From assembly GCF_048593235.1 (NCBI RefSeq), contig NC_133620.1, forward strand, positions 200,882,852 to 200,946,851: a stretch of 64,000 bases of DNA, given 5' to 3'. This stretch comes from Sminthopsis crassicaudata (taxonomy: Eukaryota). This document shows, in pieces, positions 49,027 through 61,032 of the stretch (its first letter is position 1; each line of letters begins with the position of its first letter). The notes under the pieces were generated by a model, which was not told the DNA's origin, made no database searches, and was given only the letters and a program-made list of their open reading frames with translations. The position numbers and the translations under genes were made by a program.

Positions 49027-50698
49027 GCTTGTTGCCACCTATCTGTTTCCTTCTTCATCTGTATCCTTCTTTCATTAAAATACAAGTAAACCCTCTCTCC
49101 CAGGCAGTTGACCTATCTAATTTCCTTCTATTTACCACTTTCTAAATCTCTTTTCATCATCTGGCAATTGCATTGGAGTTGTATGCACTGGACATAGCCC
49201 TGTTGGTTTAAAAGGCCTGCATTCTCCCCAAGTGTAATCTATTTTTGCAATCGGATTGCCTTTTGGCTGACTGATCAGGTAATCCCTTTCTTTCATGTGA
49301 TTGCTTTTCGGCTGATAGATCACATCAGAGTCCTGACCTCCTAAAGGCTCTTTGGGTGTAACCACAGTTGCAATCATTCCCCACCTATCCTTTGCTTGAT
49401 ATCTTGGAGCTGGGCCCCACTTCTCATTTCCCTGGGTCAATCTGCATTCTGAGGCCCAGTGAAAGCCTTTGTGACATTTTGGACATGGGGTTTTAGGTCT
49501 TCTTTCACCCTGTCTTCTCACTCTATCTCCATATCTACATTGAGCTCTTAGGGGTCCAATTTTTCCACATTGAAAACATGGACGAATTTCTCTAGAAATC
49601 CCTGGCCAGGAGGGACCCTGTCTTTCCATGTTCATCATAGTCTGGGTGTAAAAAGCATTTGTTCCCACTGTGGCACATAGTCTTTCCTCTAAAGGAGCAT
49701 CTTTGTCTAATCCCCATATAATTCTTTTGCAAATCTCATTGGCATTTTCCTTAGCCAGACGTCTGGTCATTATTTCTGTAGCTGCATCTTCTCCAATAGT
49801 TCTTTGACAGCAGTTTGTAGACGTCCTACAAAATCCGCAATAGGTTCATTGAGACCTTGCTGTATTTTAGTGAAAGCCTCTCCCTGATCTTTCTGTCCAG
49901 GGAGGACACCCCAAGCTTTTATTGCAGCCTTAGAAATTTGCTCATACACTGTCATGGGATAATTAATCTGTTCTGAATTCTTTCCATACCGACCTTCACC
50001 AGCTAGTTGGTCAAAAATGAATTGTTTGTCAACTCCTGTTTCCATATTATGTCTGACTTGAATTCTACATAATTCATGAAAGTCTGAAAGCCACAAGTTT
50101 TGTCCAGGTTCTAAACACATCCCAGCTATGGATTTCATTCTTTTTTAAAATTTTTTTATTAATTTTATAATTATAACATTTTTGACAGTACATATGCATA
50201 GGTAATTTTTTACAACATTATCCCTTGTACTCCTTCTGTTCCGAATTTTCCCCTCCTTCCCTCCACCCCCTCCCCTAGATGGCAGGCTTTCCCATACATA
50301 TTAAATATGTTATAGTATAACCTAGATACAATATATACGTGCAGAACCGAATTTTGTTGTTGTTGTTGTATTCGGAAGGTAAAAATAACCTGGGAAGAAA
50401 AACAAAAAATGAAAACAGTTTACACTCATTTCCCAGTGTTCCCTCTCTGGGTGTAGCTGATTCTGTCCATCATTGATCAATTGGAACTGAATTAGATCTT
50501 CTCTTTGTTGAAGATATCCACTTCCATCAGAATGTATCCTCATGCAGTATCGTTGTTGAAGTGTATAATGATCTCCTGGTTCTGCTCAATTTCACTCACT
50601 AGCTATGGATTTCCAATCATTCAAGGTTAGGATTTCATAAGACAAATTATCTAGTCACATTTTAACATAAGATGATTTAGCCCCATAAATAGCGCAAC
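49027..50698 (-). pseudogene. Unit 5 gag/IN remnant with L1 insert (50137-50600)
   Basis: ORFs 49132-49770 and 49770-50138. Confidence 0.9.
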
Positions 50699-50735
50699 TT
50701 TTTTTCAGATACATAATTTTATTGAAAAAAAATTC

Positions 50736-50868
50736 TTTTTTTTTTTTTTTAGGCTGGGGTTAAGTGACTTGCCCAGGGTCACACAGCTAGGAAGTGTTAA
50801 GCATCTGAACTCGGGTCCTCCTGAATTCAGGGCTGTTGCTCTATCCACTGAGCCACCTAGCTGCCCCC
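50736..50868 (-). mobile_element. WSINE1 in 3'UTR (unit 5)
   Basis: As unit 1. Confidence 0.9.
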
Positions 50869-51269
50869 AATTTTACTCAAATCTAAAGGAGTGTGGCTTC
50901 GATGTTTTTGCCCTAAAGAGTAAACCTCTTCAATGGCAGGATATGCATGTATAAAATCACTCGTCCCAAGGAGGGCTTGTGAGTGACAAGCCAATATGCC
51001 ATTTCAATGAAAAAAGGGGGAAGGAAGGTTATTTTTCTGCTCATCAATATGATGAGCTTTCGTGTCCCAAACCACATTCCGGCAGTTTTCTGAGTCTGCT
51101 TTGTGTGGAATCTACTGATCCAGGCCCAAAAAACCAAACAAACAGAACAGGGATGCATGGTTCCTAAGTCCTGGAGCCGCCAACACTGCCTGGAACGATT
51201 GCGGCGCTGCCGGGGGAAGGGGGGAGAGTGGACAAGCAGCAGCCTTGCAAGCGGATGAGCTTCCAGCTG

Positions 51270-52589
51270 CTATGTGCTCCCGCCGGTCTGCCCATCCCCT
51301 TCATCACCGGTGGACTCTCCAGTGGATGCAGAAGGAGCCAGAACATCATCATCGCTGTCCTCCTCATTTGACTGTGTCACTTGAGGCTCTGGAGCTGGGA
51401 TCTTGGTCTCCTGTTCTTGTTCTATCCTGCTGCGCAATGCTAAGATCCGGTGATGCAGTGCTGCATACAACTGCCCAGTATCTCTGGAGCTGGCGGAGAT
51501 CAGGAACACTTTGACTCCCTGACCCTCAGTGTCCATGGCTGTGATTCGAATGCTCTTCTCATTGGCTTTGTCAATCTGCATCTGTGCCCACAGCTTGGTG
51601 TTGAGCATAAGCCGCAGGCTCCCCTGGGTCCGCATTACCAGTCGAGATGGTAACGTCCCATCATCTGTGGAAGCCATGTCATTAAGTCTGAGTAGTCCTC
51701 TGCCTCTTTCCACCCAAGACTGTGATGTTTTGTCAAACACAAACAACTTGCCTTGGATCTGTAATACGTTGCTCTCTGCCTCTCCCCCGGTGATCACTTC
51801 CACCTTTTCTAGTAAACACTTCCGGGCTGTGGCCTTGGTGTAGGCAGCTGCTGACTCTGCCAGTGACTCTGAAACATTATTAGCTTTCTCAGGGGTGGCT
51901 TCTAGGGAGGAGGATTCTGAGCCGGATTCAGCAGCAGTATTGTCCTTGCTGACATCTCTACTAGATTCACTGGGTTTGGGTGGATTCAGCACTCTTTCAC
52001 TCATGTTCTGTCCAAATATAAATTTGTTGCTGGAGGCACCAGCAGTATTCGTTGAGTTCTCGAAACCGGAGCTGATGTATTGTAGGAAATAGTTGGTTAG
52101 AGAGGGTGTTTCAGAGCTCGGATGCCCTGCATTCTCTAAGTCACTTGTTGCAGCATTTTCATGTCCTAGCTTGTCAGCAGATTCAGAAGGATTCCTCAAT
52201 GCACTATTATTTATTGATTCAGATGGAGCTGCTCCTTGACAGTCTGAAGGTACCTTAGCACCATTGGTGCCACTGTTAGGAACTGTTTGTAAAAGTACCT
52301 TTGGCTGGGGAGCTTGTAATACTGCTGAGCACAGCACACTTCGCTGCTCTTCCTTAGGTTTCTGGCTTGGTAGACCTGCACTGGGTGCCTGACCATGGAT
52401 CAGTGTGGGAGGCTTCAGTTGGGATCCATTGCTCTTTTCCTCTGACTGTGATGGAGGAAATGGAGTTAATGAAGAAGTTCTTTCCCGTTTTACAGGAGGA
52501 CAGCAGTTTCCATCTTCTCTGTCGGAATCTTCTCTATCTCCTGGACTTGAACCTTCAGCGGATCTCTTTTGAGATTTCAGTTTCCTCAT
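51270..52589 (-). CDS. RANBP3: RANBP3 retrogene copy 5 (439 aa, E269G)
   Basis: Intact ORF with one substitution. Confidence 0.93.
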   Translation of the reverse strand: MRKLKSQKRSAEGSSPGDREDSDREDGNCCPPVKRERTSSLTPFPPSQSEEKSNGSQLKPPTLIHGQAPSAGLPSQKPKEEQRSVLCSAVLQAPQPKVLLQTVPNSGTNGAKVPSDCQGAAPSESINNSALRNPSESADKLGHENAATSDLENAGHPSSETPSLTNYFLQYISSGFENSTNTAGASSNKFIFGQNMSERVLNPPKPSESSRDVSKDNTAAESGSESSSLEATPEKANNVSESLAESAAAYTKATARKCLLEKVEVITGGEAESNVLQIQGKLFVFDKTSQSWVERGRGLLRLNDMASTDDGTLPSRLVMRTQGSLRLMLNTKLWAQMQIDKANEKSIRITAMDTEGQGVKVFLISASSRDTGQLYAALHHRILALRSRIEQEQETKIPAPEPQVTQSNEEDSDDDVLAPSASTGESTGDEGDGQTGGST

Positions 52590-52676
52590 GCTTACTTCTG
52601 GGATAGAGAGACTGTCCCAGAATCAGGATCCTGTCTGTCCCTGTTCGGGAGCCAAAATTGACGTGGGGCGCTAATA

Positions 52677-53489
52677 TGTAACGTTCTTGAATTGTGAGGG
52701 TCCGGTCGTCTGCTCAATTATAATCCTTCTCTGGGAGGAGATCTGTAAAATCTTTTCCTCTGTGCACAGGTTTCTTGGGAGCTCTGAATCTCCTCCAGCT
52801 CTTGTCTTTCCCCAAATCAAACTGGTCTCCTTTCAGCCTGGCGTCACCACACTATCCCTGAGTCAATTCTCCCAGACCCAATGCTGCCCTCCTTTTATCC
52901 TCCCAGAGAATGGGCGTGGGATAACGCAAGGGCTTCTGGGAAACATGACTTCCACCAATGAGCTTGCTCCTCCTAGAATTCCTAAGGGGTAAACTCCCTT
53001 TAAAGGCCCTAACCAAAGGTCTGAGCCAGAGAACTATCAAGTCGACCTGAGTTTTCACCTTGTCACTGTCCAGACAACCTGAGTTCCCCCCTTGTCACTG
53101 TCCAGACAACCTGAGTTCTCCCCTTGTCACTGTCCAGACAACCTGAGTTCTCCCCTTGTCACTGTCCAGACAACCTGAGTTCTCCCCTTGTCACTGTCCA
53201 GACAACCTGAGTTCTCCCCTTGTCACTGTCCAGACAACCTGAGTTCTCCCCTTGTCACTGTCCAGACAACCTGAGTTCTCCCCTTGTCACTGTCCAGACA
53301 ACCTGAGTTCTCCCCTTGTCACTGTCCAGACAACCTGAGTTCTCCCCTTGTCACTGTCCAGACGACCTGAGTTCTCCCCTTGTCACTGTCCAGACGACCT
53401 GAGTTCTCCCCTTGTCACTGTCCAGACGACCTGAGTTCTCCCCTTGTCACTGTCCAGACGACCTGAGTTCTCACCTTGTAATCCTAACA
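52677..53489 (-). mobile_element. LTR 6 (813 bp, 13.5 repeats)
   Basis: As LTR 2 with one repeat fewer. Confidence 0.95.
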
Positions 53490-53861
53490 TCTGTCCCTTT
53501 CTTTTCATTTAGAACATAGGGTGGTCATGACCTTGAAACATAAATCCATCAATATGGGAGGTATTACACATAATTACATAAATTACATAAGCACATAGTA
53601 ATATAGTAACATAGTGACATAATACATGCTAGAAGTATGTAACAAATAACATGATCAAATAATCATAAATTGAGAATTCATAAATGTCCATAAGTTCATT
53701 GTCCATTAATCTCATCTTATGTTAGGAAATCCAATGATTCCTGCTGGTTTTAAAGTTCTTTAACAGTCTTCTTATCAGCCATGCTCTTTCAGTGTCAGAT
53801 GTTTCTTAGATCTTCTCCTTTGTTTTAAGGTCTTTCTCTTTTTCTCTCTCTCTCTCTGAGT

Positions 53862-55533
53862 GCTTGTTGCCACCTATCTGTTTCCTTCTTCATCTGTATC
53901 CTTCTTTCATTAAAATACAAGTAAACCCTCTCTCCCAGGCAGTTGACCTATCTAATTTCCTTCTATTTACCACTTTCTAAATCTCTTTTCATCATCTGGC
54001 AATTGCATTGGAGTTGTATGCACTGGACATAGCCCTGTTGGTTTAAAAGGCCTGCATTCTCCCCAAGTGTAATCTATTTTTGCAATCGGATTGCCTTTTG
54101 GCTGACTGATCAGGTAATCCCTTTCTTTCATGTGATTGCTTTTCGGCTGATAGATCACATCAGAGTCCTGACCTCCTAAAGGCTCTTTGGGTGTAACCAC
54201 AGTTGCAATCATTCCCCACCTATCCTTTGCTTGATATCTTGGAGCTGGGCCCCACTTCTCATTTCCCTGGGTCAATCTGCATTCTGAGGCCCAGTGAAAG
54301 CCTTTGTGACATTTTGGACATGGGGTTTTAGGTCTTCTTTCACCCTGTCTTCTCACTCTATCTCCATATCTACATTGAGCTCTTAGGGGTCCAATTTTTC
54401 CACATTGAAAACATGGACGAATTTCTCTAGAAATCCCTGGCCAGGAGGGACCCTGTCTTTCCATGTTCATCATAGTCTGGGTGTAAAAAGCATTTGTTCC
54501 CACTGTGGCACATAGTCTTTCCTCTAAAGGAGCATCTTTGTCTAATCCCCATATAATTCTTTTGCAAATCTCATTGGCATTTTCCTTAGCCAGACGTCTG
54601 GTCATTATTTCTGTAGCTGCATCTTCTCCAATAGTTCTTTGACAGCAGTTTGTAGACGTCCTACAAAATCCGCAATAGGTTCATTGAGACCTTGCTGTAT
54701 TTTAGTGAAAGCCTCTCCCTGATCTTTCTGTCCAGGGAGGACACCCCAAGCTTTTATTGCAGCCTTAGAAATTTGCTCATACACTGTCATGGGATAATTA
54801 ATCTGTTCTGAATTCTTTCCATACCGACCTTCACCAGCTAGTTGGTCAAAAATGAATTGTTTGTCAACTCCTGTTTCCATATTATGTCTGACTTGAATTC
54901 TACATAATTCATGAAAGTCTGAAAGCCACAAGTTTTGTCCAGGTTCTAAACACATCCCAGCTATGGATTTCATTCTTTTTTAAAATTTTTTTATTAATTT
55001 TATAATTATAACATTTTTGACAGTACATATGCATAGGTAATTTTTTACAACATTATCCCTTGTACTCCTTCTGTTCCGAATTTTCCCCTCCTTCCCTCCA
55101 CCCCCTCCCCTAGATGGCAGGCTTTCCCATACATATTAAATATGTTATAGTATAACCTAGATACAATATATACGTGCAGAACCGAATTTTGTTGTTGTTG
55201 TTGTATTCGGAAGGTAAAAATAACCTGGGAAGAAAAACAAAAAATGAAAACAGTTTACACTCATTTCCCAGTGTTCCCTCTCTGGGTGTAGCTGATTCTG
55301 TCCATCATTGATCAATTGGAACTGAATTAGATCTTCTCTTTGTTGAAGATATCCACTTCCATCAGAATGTATCCTCATGCAGTATCGTTGTTGAAGTGTA
55401 TAATGATCTCCTGGTTCTGCTCAATTTCACTCACTAGCTATGGATTTCCAATCATTCAAGGTTAGGATTTCATAAGACAAATTATCTAGTCACATTTTAA
55501 CATAAGATGATTTAGCCCCATAAATAGCGCAAC
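53862..55533 (-). pseudogene. Unit 6 gag/IN remnant with L1 insert (54972-55435)
   Basis: ORFs 53967-54605 and 54605-54973. Confidence 0.9.
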
Positions 55534-55571
55534 TTTTTTTCAGATACATAATTTTATTGAAAAAAAAATTC

Positions 55572-55719
55572 TTTTTTTTTTTTTTTTTTAGGCTGGGGTT
55601 AAGTGACTTGCCCAGGGTCACACAGCTAGGAAGTGTTAAGCGTCTGAGACCAGATCTGAACTCGGGTCCTCCTGAATTCAGGGCTGGTGCTCTGTCCACT
55701 GCGCCACCTAGCTGCTCCC
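55572..55719 (-). mobile_element. WSINE1 in 3'UTR (unit 6, long form without the 12-bp deletion)
   Basis: Retains gtctgagaccag. Confidence 0.9.
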
Positions 55720-56120
55720 AATTTTACTCAAATCTAAAGGAGTGTGGCTTCGATTTTTTTGCCCTAAAGAGTAAACCTCTTCAATGGCAGGTTATGCATG
55801 TATAAAATCACTCGTCCCAAGGAGGGCTTGTGAGTGACAAGCCAATATGCCATTTCAATGAAAAAAGGGGGAAGGAAGGTTATTTTTCTGCTCATCAATA
55901 TGATGAGCTTTCGTGTCCCAAACCACATTCCGGCAGTTTTCTGAGTCTGCTTTGTGTGGAATCTACTGATCCAGGCCCAAAAAACCAAACAAACAGAACA
56001 GGGATGCATGGTTCCTAAGTCCTGGAGCCGCCAACACTGCCTGGAACGATTGCGGCGCTGCTGGGGGAAGGGGGGAGAGTGGACAAGCAGCAGCCTTGCA
56101 AGCGGATGAGCTTCCAGCTG

Positions 56121-57440
56121 CTATGTGCTCCCGCCGGTCTGCCCATCCCCTTCATCACCGGTGGACTCTCCAGTGGATGCAGAAGGAGCCAGAACATCAT
56201 CATCGCTGTCCTCCTCATTTGACTGTGTCACTTGAGGCTCTGGAGCTGGGATCTTGGTCTCCTGTTCTTGTTCTATCCTGCTGCGCAATGCTAAGATCCG
56301 GTGATGCAGTGCTGCGTACAACTGCCCAGTATCTCTGGAGCTGGCGGAGATCAGGAACACTTTGACTCCCTGACCCTCAGTGTCCATGGCTGTGATTCGA
56401 ATGCTCTTCTCATTGGCTTTGTCAATCTGCATCTGTGCCCACAGCTTGGTGTTGAGCATAAGCCGCAGGCTCCCCTGGGTCCGCATTACCAGTCGAGATG
56501 GTAACGTCCCATCATCTGTGGAAGCCATGTCATTAAGTCTGAGTAGTCCTCTGCCTCTTTCCACCCAAGACTGTGATGTTTTGTCAAACACAAACAACTT
56601 GCCTTGGATCTGTAATACGTTGCTCTCTGCCTCTTCCCCGGTGATCACTTCCACCTTTTCTAGTAAACACTTCCGGGCTGTGGCCTTGGTGTAGGCAGCT
56701 GCTGACTCTGCCAGTGACTCTGAAACATTATTAGCTTTCTCAGGGGTGGCTTCTAGGGAGGAGGATTCTGAGCCGGATTCAGCAGCAGTATTGTCCTTGC
56801 TGACATCTCTACTAGATTCACTGGGTTTGGGTGGATTCAGCACTCTTTCACTCATGTTCTGTCCAAATATAAATTTGTTGCTGGAGGCACCAGCAGTATT
56901 CGTTGAGTTCTCGAAACCGGAGCTGATGTATTGTAGGAAATAGTTGGTTAGATAGGGTGTTTCAGAGCTCGGATGCCCCGCATTCTCTAAGTCACTTGTT
57001 GCAGCATTTTCATGTCCTAGCTTGTCAGCAGATTCAGAAGGATTCCTCAATGCACTATTATTTATTGATTCAGATGGAGCTGCTCCTTGACAGTCTGAAG
57101 GTACCTTAGCACCATTGGTGCCACTGTTAGGAACTGTTTGTAAAAGTACCTTTGGCTGGGGAGCTTGTAATACTGCTGAGCACAGCACACTTCGCTGCTC
57201 TTCCTTAGTTTTCTGGCTTGGTAGACCTGCACTGGGTGCCTGACCATGGATCAGTGTGGGAGGCTTCAGTTGGGATCCATTGCTCTTTTCCTCTGACTGT
57301 GATGGAGGAAATGGAGTTAATGAAGAAGTTCTTTCCCGTTTTACAGGAGGACAGTAGTTTCCATCTTCTCTGTCGGAATCTTCTCTATCTCCTGGACTTG
57401 AACCTTCAGCGGATCTCTTTTGAGATTTCAGTTTCCTCAT
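56121..57440 (-). CDS. RANBP3: RANBP3 retrogene copy 6 (439 aa; Y29, T78, Y163)
   Basis: Intact ORF with three amino-acid differences from copy 1. Confidence 0.93.
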   Translation of the reverse strand: MRKLKSQKRSAEGSSPGDREDSDREDGNYCPPVKRERTSSLTPFPPSQSEEKSNGSQLKPPTLIHGQAPSAGLPSQKTKEEQRSVLCSAVLQAPQPKVLLQTVPNSGTNGAKVPSDCQGAAPSESINNSALRNPSESADKLGHENAATSDLENAGHPSSETPYLTNYFLQYISSGFENSTNTAGASSNKFIFGQNMSERVLNPPKPSESSRDVSKDNTAAESGSESSSLEATPEKANNVSESLAESAAAYTKATARKCLLEKVEVITGEEAESNVLQIQGKLFVFDKTSQSWVERGRGLLRLNDMASTDDGTLPSRLVMRTQGSLRLMLNTKLWAQMQIDKANEKSIRITAMDTEGQGVKVFLISASSRDTGQLYAALHHRILALRSRIEQEQETKIPAPEPQVTQSNEEDSDDDVLAPSASTGESTGDEGDGQTGGST

Positions 57441-57527
57441 GCTTACTTCTGGGATAGAGAGACTGTCCCAGAATCAGGATCGTGTCTGTCCCTGTTCGGG
57501 AGCCAAAATTGACGTGGGGCGCTAATA

Positions 57528-58404
57528 TGTAACGTTCTTGAATTGTGAGGGTCCGGTCGTCTGCTCAATTATAATCCTTCTCTGGGAGGAGATCTGTAAA
57601 ATCTTTTCCTCTGTGCACCGGTTTCTTGGGAGCTCTGAATCTCCTCCAGCTCTTGTCTTTCCCCAAATCAAACTGGTCTCCTTTCAGCCTGGCGTCACCA
57701 CACTATCCCTGAGTCAATTCTCCCAGACCCAATGCTGCCCTCCTTTTATCCTCCCAGAGAATGGACGTGGGATAACGCAAGGGCTTCTGGGAAACATGAC
57801 TTCCACCAATGAGCTTGCTCCTCCTAGAATTCCTAAGGTGTAAACTCCCTTTAAAGGCCCTAACCAAAGGTCTGAGCCAGAGAACTATCAAGTCGACCTG
57901 AGTTTTCACCTTGTCACTGTCCAGACAACCTGAGTTCCCCCCTTGTCACTGTCCAGACAACCTGAGTTCTCCCCTTGTCACTGTCCAGACAACCTGAGTT
58001 CTCCCCTTGTCACTGTCCAGACAACCTGAGTTCTCCCCTTGTCACTGTCCAGACAACCTGAGTTCTCCCCTTGTCACTGTCCAGACAACCTGAGTTCTCC
58101 CCTTGTCACTGTCCAGACAACCTGAGTTCTCCCCTTGTCACTGTCCAGACAACCTGAGTTCTCCCTTTGTCACTGTCCAGACAACCTGAGTTCTCCCCTT
58201 GTCACTGTCCAGACGACCTGAGTTCTCCCCTTGTCACTGTCCAGACGACCTGAGTTCTCCCCTTGTCACTGTCCAGACGACCTGAGTTCTCCCCTTGTCA
58301 CTGTCCAGACGACCTGAGTTCTCCCCTTGTCACTGTCCAGACGACCTGAGTTCTCCCCTTGTCACTGTCCAGACGACCTGAGTTCTCACCTTGTAATCCT
58401 AACA
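57528..58404 (-). mobile_element. LTR 7 (877 bp, 15.5 repeats)
   Basis: As LTR 2 with one extra repeat. Confidence 0.95.
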
Positions 58405-58776
58405 TCTGTCCCTTTCTTTTCATTTAGAACATAGGGTGGTCATGACCTTGAAACATAAATCCATCAATATGGGAGGTATTACACATAATTACATAAATTA
58501 CATAAGCACATAGTAATATAGTAACATAGTGACATAATACATGCTAGAAGTATGTAACAAATAACATGATCAAATAATCATAAATTGAGAATTCATAAAT
58601 GTCCATAAGTTCATTGTCCATTAATCTCATCTTATGTTAGGAAATCCAATGATTCCTGCTGGTTTTAAAGTTCTTTAACAGTCTTCTTATCAGCCATGCT
58701 CTTTCAGTGTCAGATGTTTCTTAGATCTTCTCCTTTGTTTTAAGGTCTTTCTCTTTTTCTCTCTCTCTCTCTGAGT

Positions 58777-60448
58777 GCTTGTTGCCACCTATCTGTTTCC
58801 TTCTTCATCTGTATCCTTCTTTCATTAAAATACAAGTAAACCCTCTCTCCCAGGCAGTTGACCTATCTAATTTCCTTCTATTTACCACTTTCTAAATCTC
58901 TTTTCATCATCTGGCAATTGCATTGGAGTTGTATGCACTGGACATAGCCCTGTTGGTTTAAAAGGCCTGCATTCTCCCCAAGTGTAATCTATTTTTGCAA
59001 TCGGATTGCCTTTTGGCTGACTGATCAGGTAATCCCTTTCTTTCATGTGATTGCTTTTCGGCTGATAGATCACATCAGAGTCCTGACCTCCTAAAGGCTC
59101 TTTGGGTGTAACCACAGTTGCAATCATTCCCCACCTATCCTTTGCTTGATATCTTGGAGCTGGGCCCCACTTCTCATTTCCCTGGGTCAATCTGCATTCT
59201 GAGGCCCAGTGAAAGCCTTTGGGACATTTTGGACATGGGGTTTTAGGTCTTCTTTCACCCTGTCTTCTCACTCTATCTCCATATCTACATTGAGCTCTTA
59301 GGGGTCCAATTTTTCCACATTGAAAACATGGACGAATTTCTCTAGAAATCCCTGGCCAGGAGGGACCCTGTCTTTCCATGTTCATCATAGTCTGGGTGTA
59401 AAAAGCATTTGTTCCCACTGTGGCACATAGTCTTTCCTCTAAAGGAGCATCTTTGTCTAATCCCCATATAATTCTTTTGCAAATCTCATTGGCATTTTCC
59501 TTAGCCAGACGTCTGGTCATTATTTCTGTAGCTGCATCTTCTCCAATAGTTCTTTGACAGCAGTTTGTAGACGTCCTACAAAATCCGCAATAGGTTCATT
59601 GAGACCTTGCTGTATTTTAGTGAAAGCCTCTCCCTGATCTTTCTGTCCAGGGAGGACACCCCAAGCTTTTATTGCAGCCTTAGAAATTTGCTCATACACT
59701 GTCATGGGATAATTAATCTGTTCTGAATTCTTTCCATACCGACCTTCACCAGCTAGCTGGTCAAAAATGAATTGTTTGTCAACTCCTGTTTCCATATTAT
59801 GTCTGACTTGAATTCTACATAATTCATGAAAGTCTGAAAGCCACAAGTTTTGTCCAGGTTCTAAACACATCCCAGCTATGGATTTCATTCTTTTTTAAAA
59901 TTTTTTTATTAATTTTATAATTATAACATTTTTGACAGTACATATGCATAGGTAATTTTTTACAACATTATCCCTTGTACTCCTTCTGTTCCGAATTTTC
60001 CCCTCCTTCCCTCCACCCCCTCCCCTAGATGGCAGGCTTTCCCATACATATTAAATATGTTATAGTATAACCTAGATACAATATATACGTGCAGAACCGA
60101 ATTTTGTTGTTGTTGTTGTATTCGGAAGGTAAAAATAACCTGGGAAGAAAAACAAAAAATGAAAACAGTTTACACTCATTTCCCAGTGTTCCCTCTCTGG
60201 GTGTAGCTGATTCTGTCCATCATTGATCAATTGGAACTGAATTAGATCTTCTCTTTGTTGAAGATATCCACTTCCATCAGAATGTATCCTCATGCAGTAT
60301 CGTTGTTGAAGTGTATAATGATCTCCTGGTTCTGCTCAATTTCACTCACTAGCTATGGATTTCCAATCATTCAAGGTTAGGATTTCATAAGACAAATTAT
60401 CTAGTCACATTTTAACATAAGATGATTTAGCCCCATAAATAGCGCAAC
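58777..60448 (-). pseudogene. Unit 7 gag/IN remnant with L1 insert (59887-60350)
   Basis: ORFs 58882-59520 and 59520-59888. Confidence 0.9.
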
Positions 60449-60486
60449 TTTTTTTCAGATACATAATTTTATTGAAAAAAAAATTC

Positions 60487-60631
60487 TTTTTTTTTTTTTT
60501 TAGGCTGGGGTTAAGTGACTTGCCCAGGGTCACACAGCTAGGAAGTGTTAAGCGTCTGAGACCAGATCTGAACTCGGGTCCTCCTGAATTCAGGGCTGGT
60601 GCTCTGTCCACTGCGCCACCTAGCTGCTCCC
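60487..60631 (-). mobile_element. WSINE1 in 3'UTR (unit 7, long form)
   Basis: Retains gtctgagaccag. Confidence 0.9.
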
Positions 60632-61032
60632 AATTTTACTCAAATCTAAAGGAGTGTGGCTTCGATTTTTTTGCCCTAAAGAGTAAATCTCTTCAATGGC
60701 AGGATATGCATGTATAAAATCACTCGTCCCAAGGAGGGCTTGTGAGTGACAAGCCAATATGCCATTTCAATGAAAAAAGGGGGAAGGAAGGTTATTTTTC
60801 TGCTCATCAATATGATGAGCTTTCGTGTCCCAAACCACATTCAGGCAGTTTTCTGAGTCTGCTTTGTGTGGAATCTACTGATCCAGGCCCAAAAAACCAA
60901 ACAAACAGAACAGGGATGCATGGTTCCTAAGTCCTGGAGCCGCCAACACTGCCTGGAACGATTGCGGCGCTGCTGGGGGAAGGGGGGAGAGTGGACAAGC
61001 AGCAGCCTTGCAAGCGGATGAGCTTCCAGCTG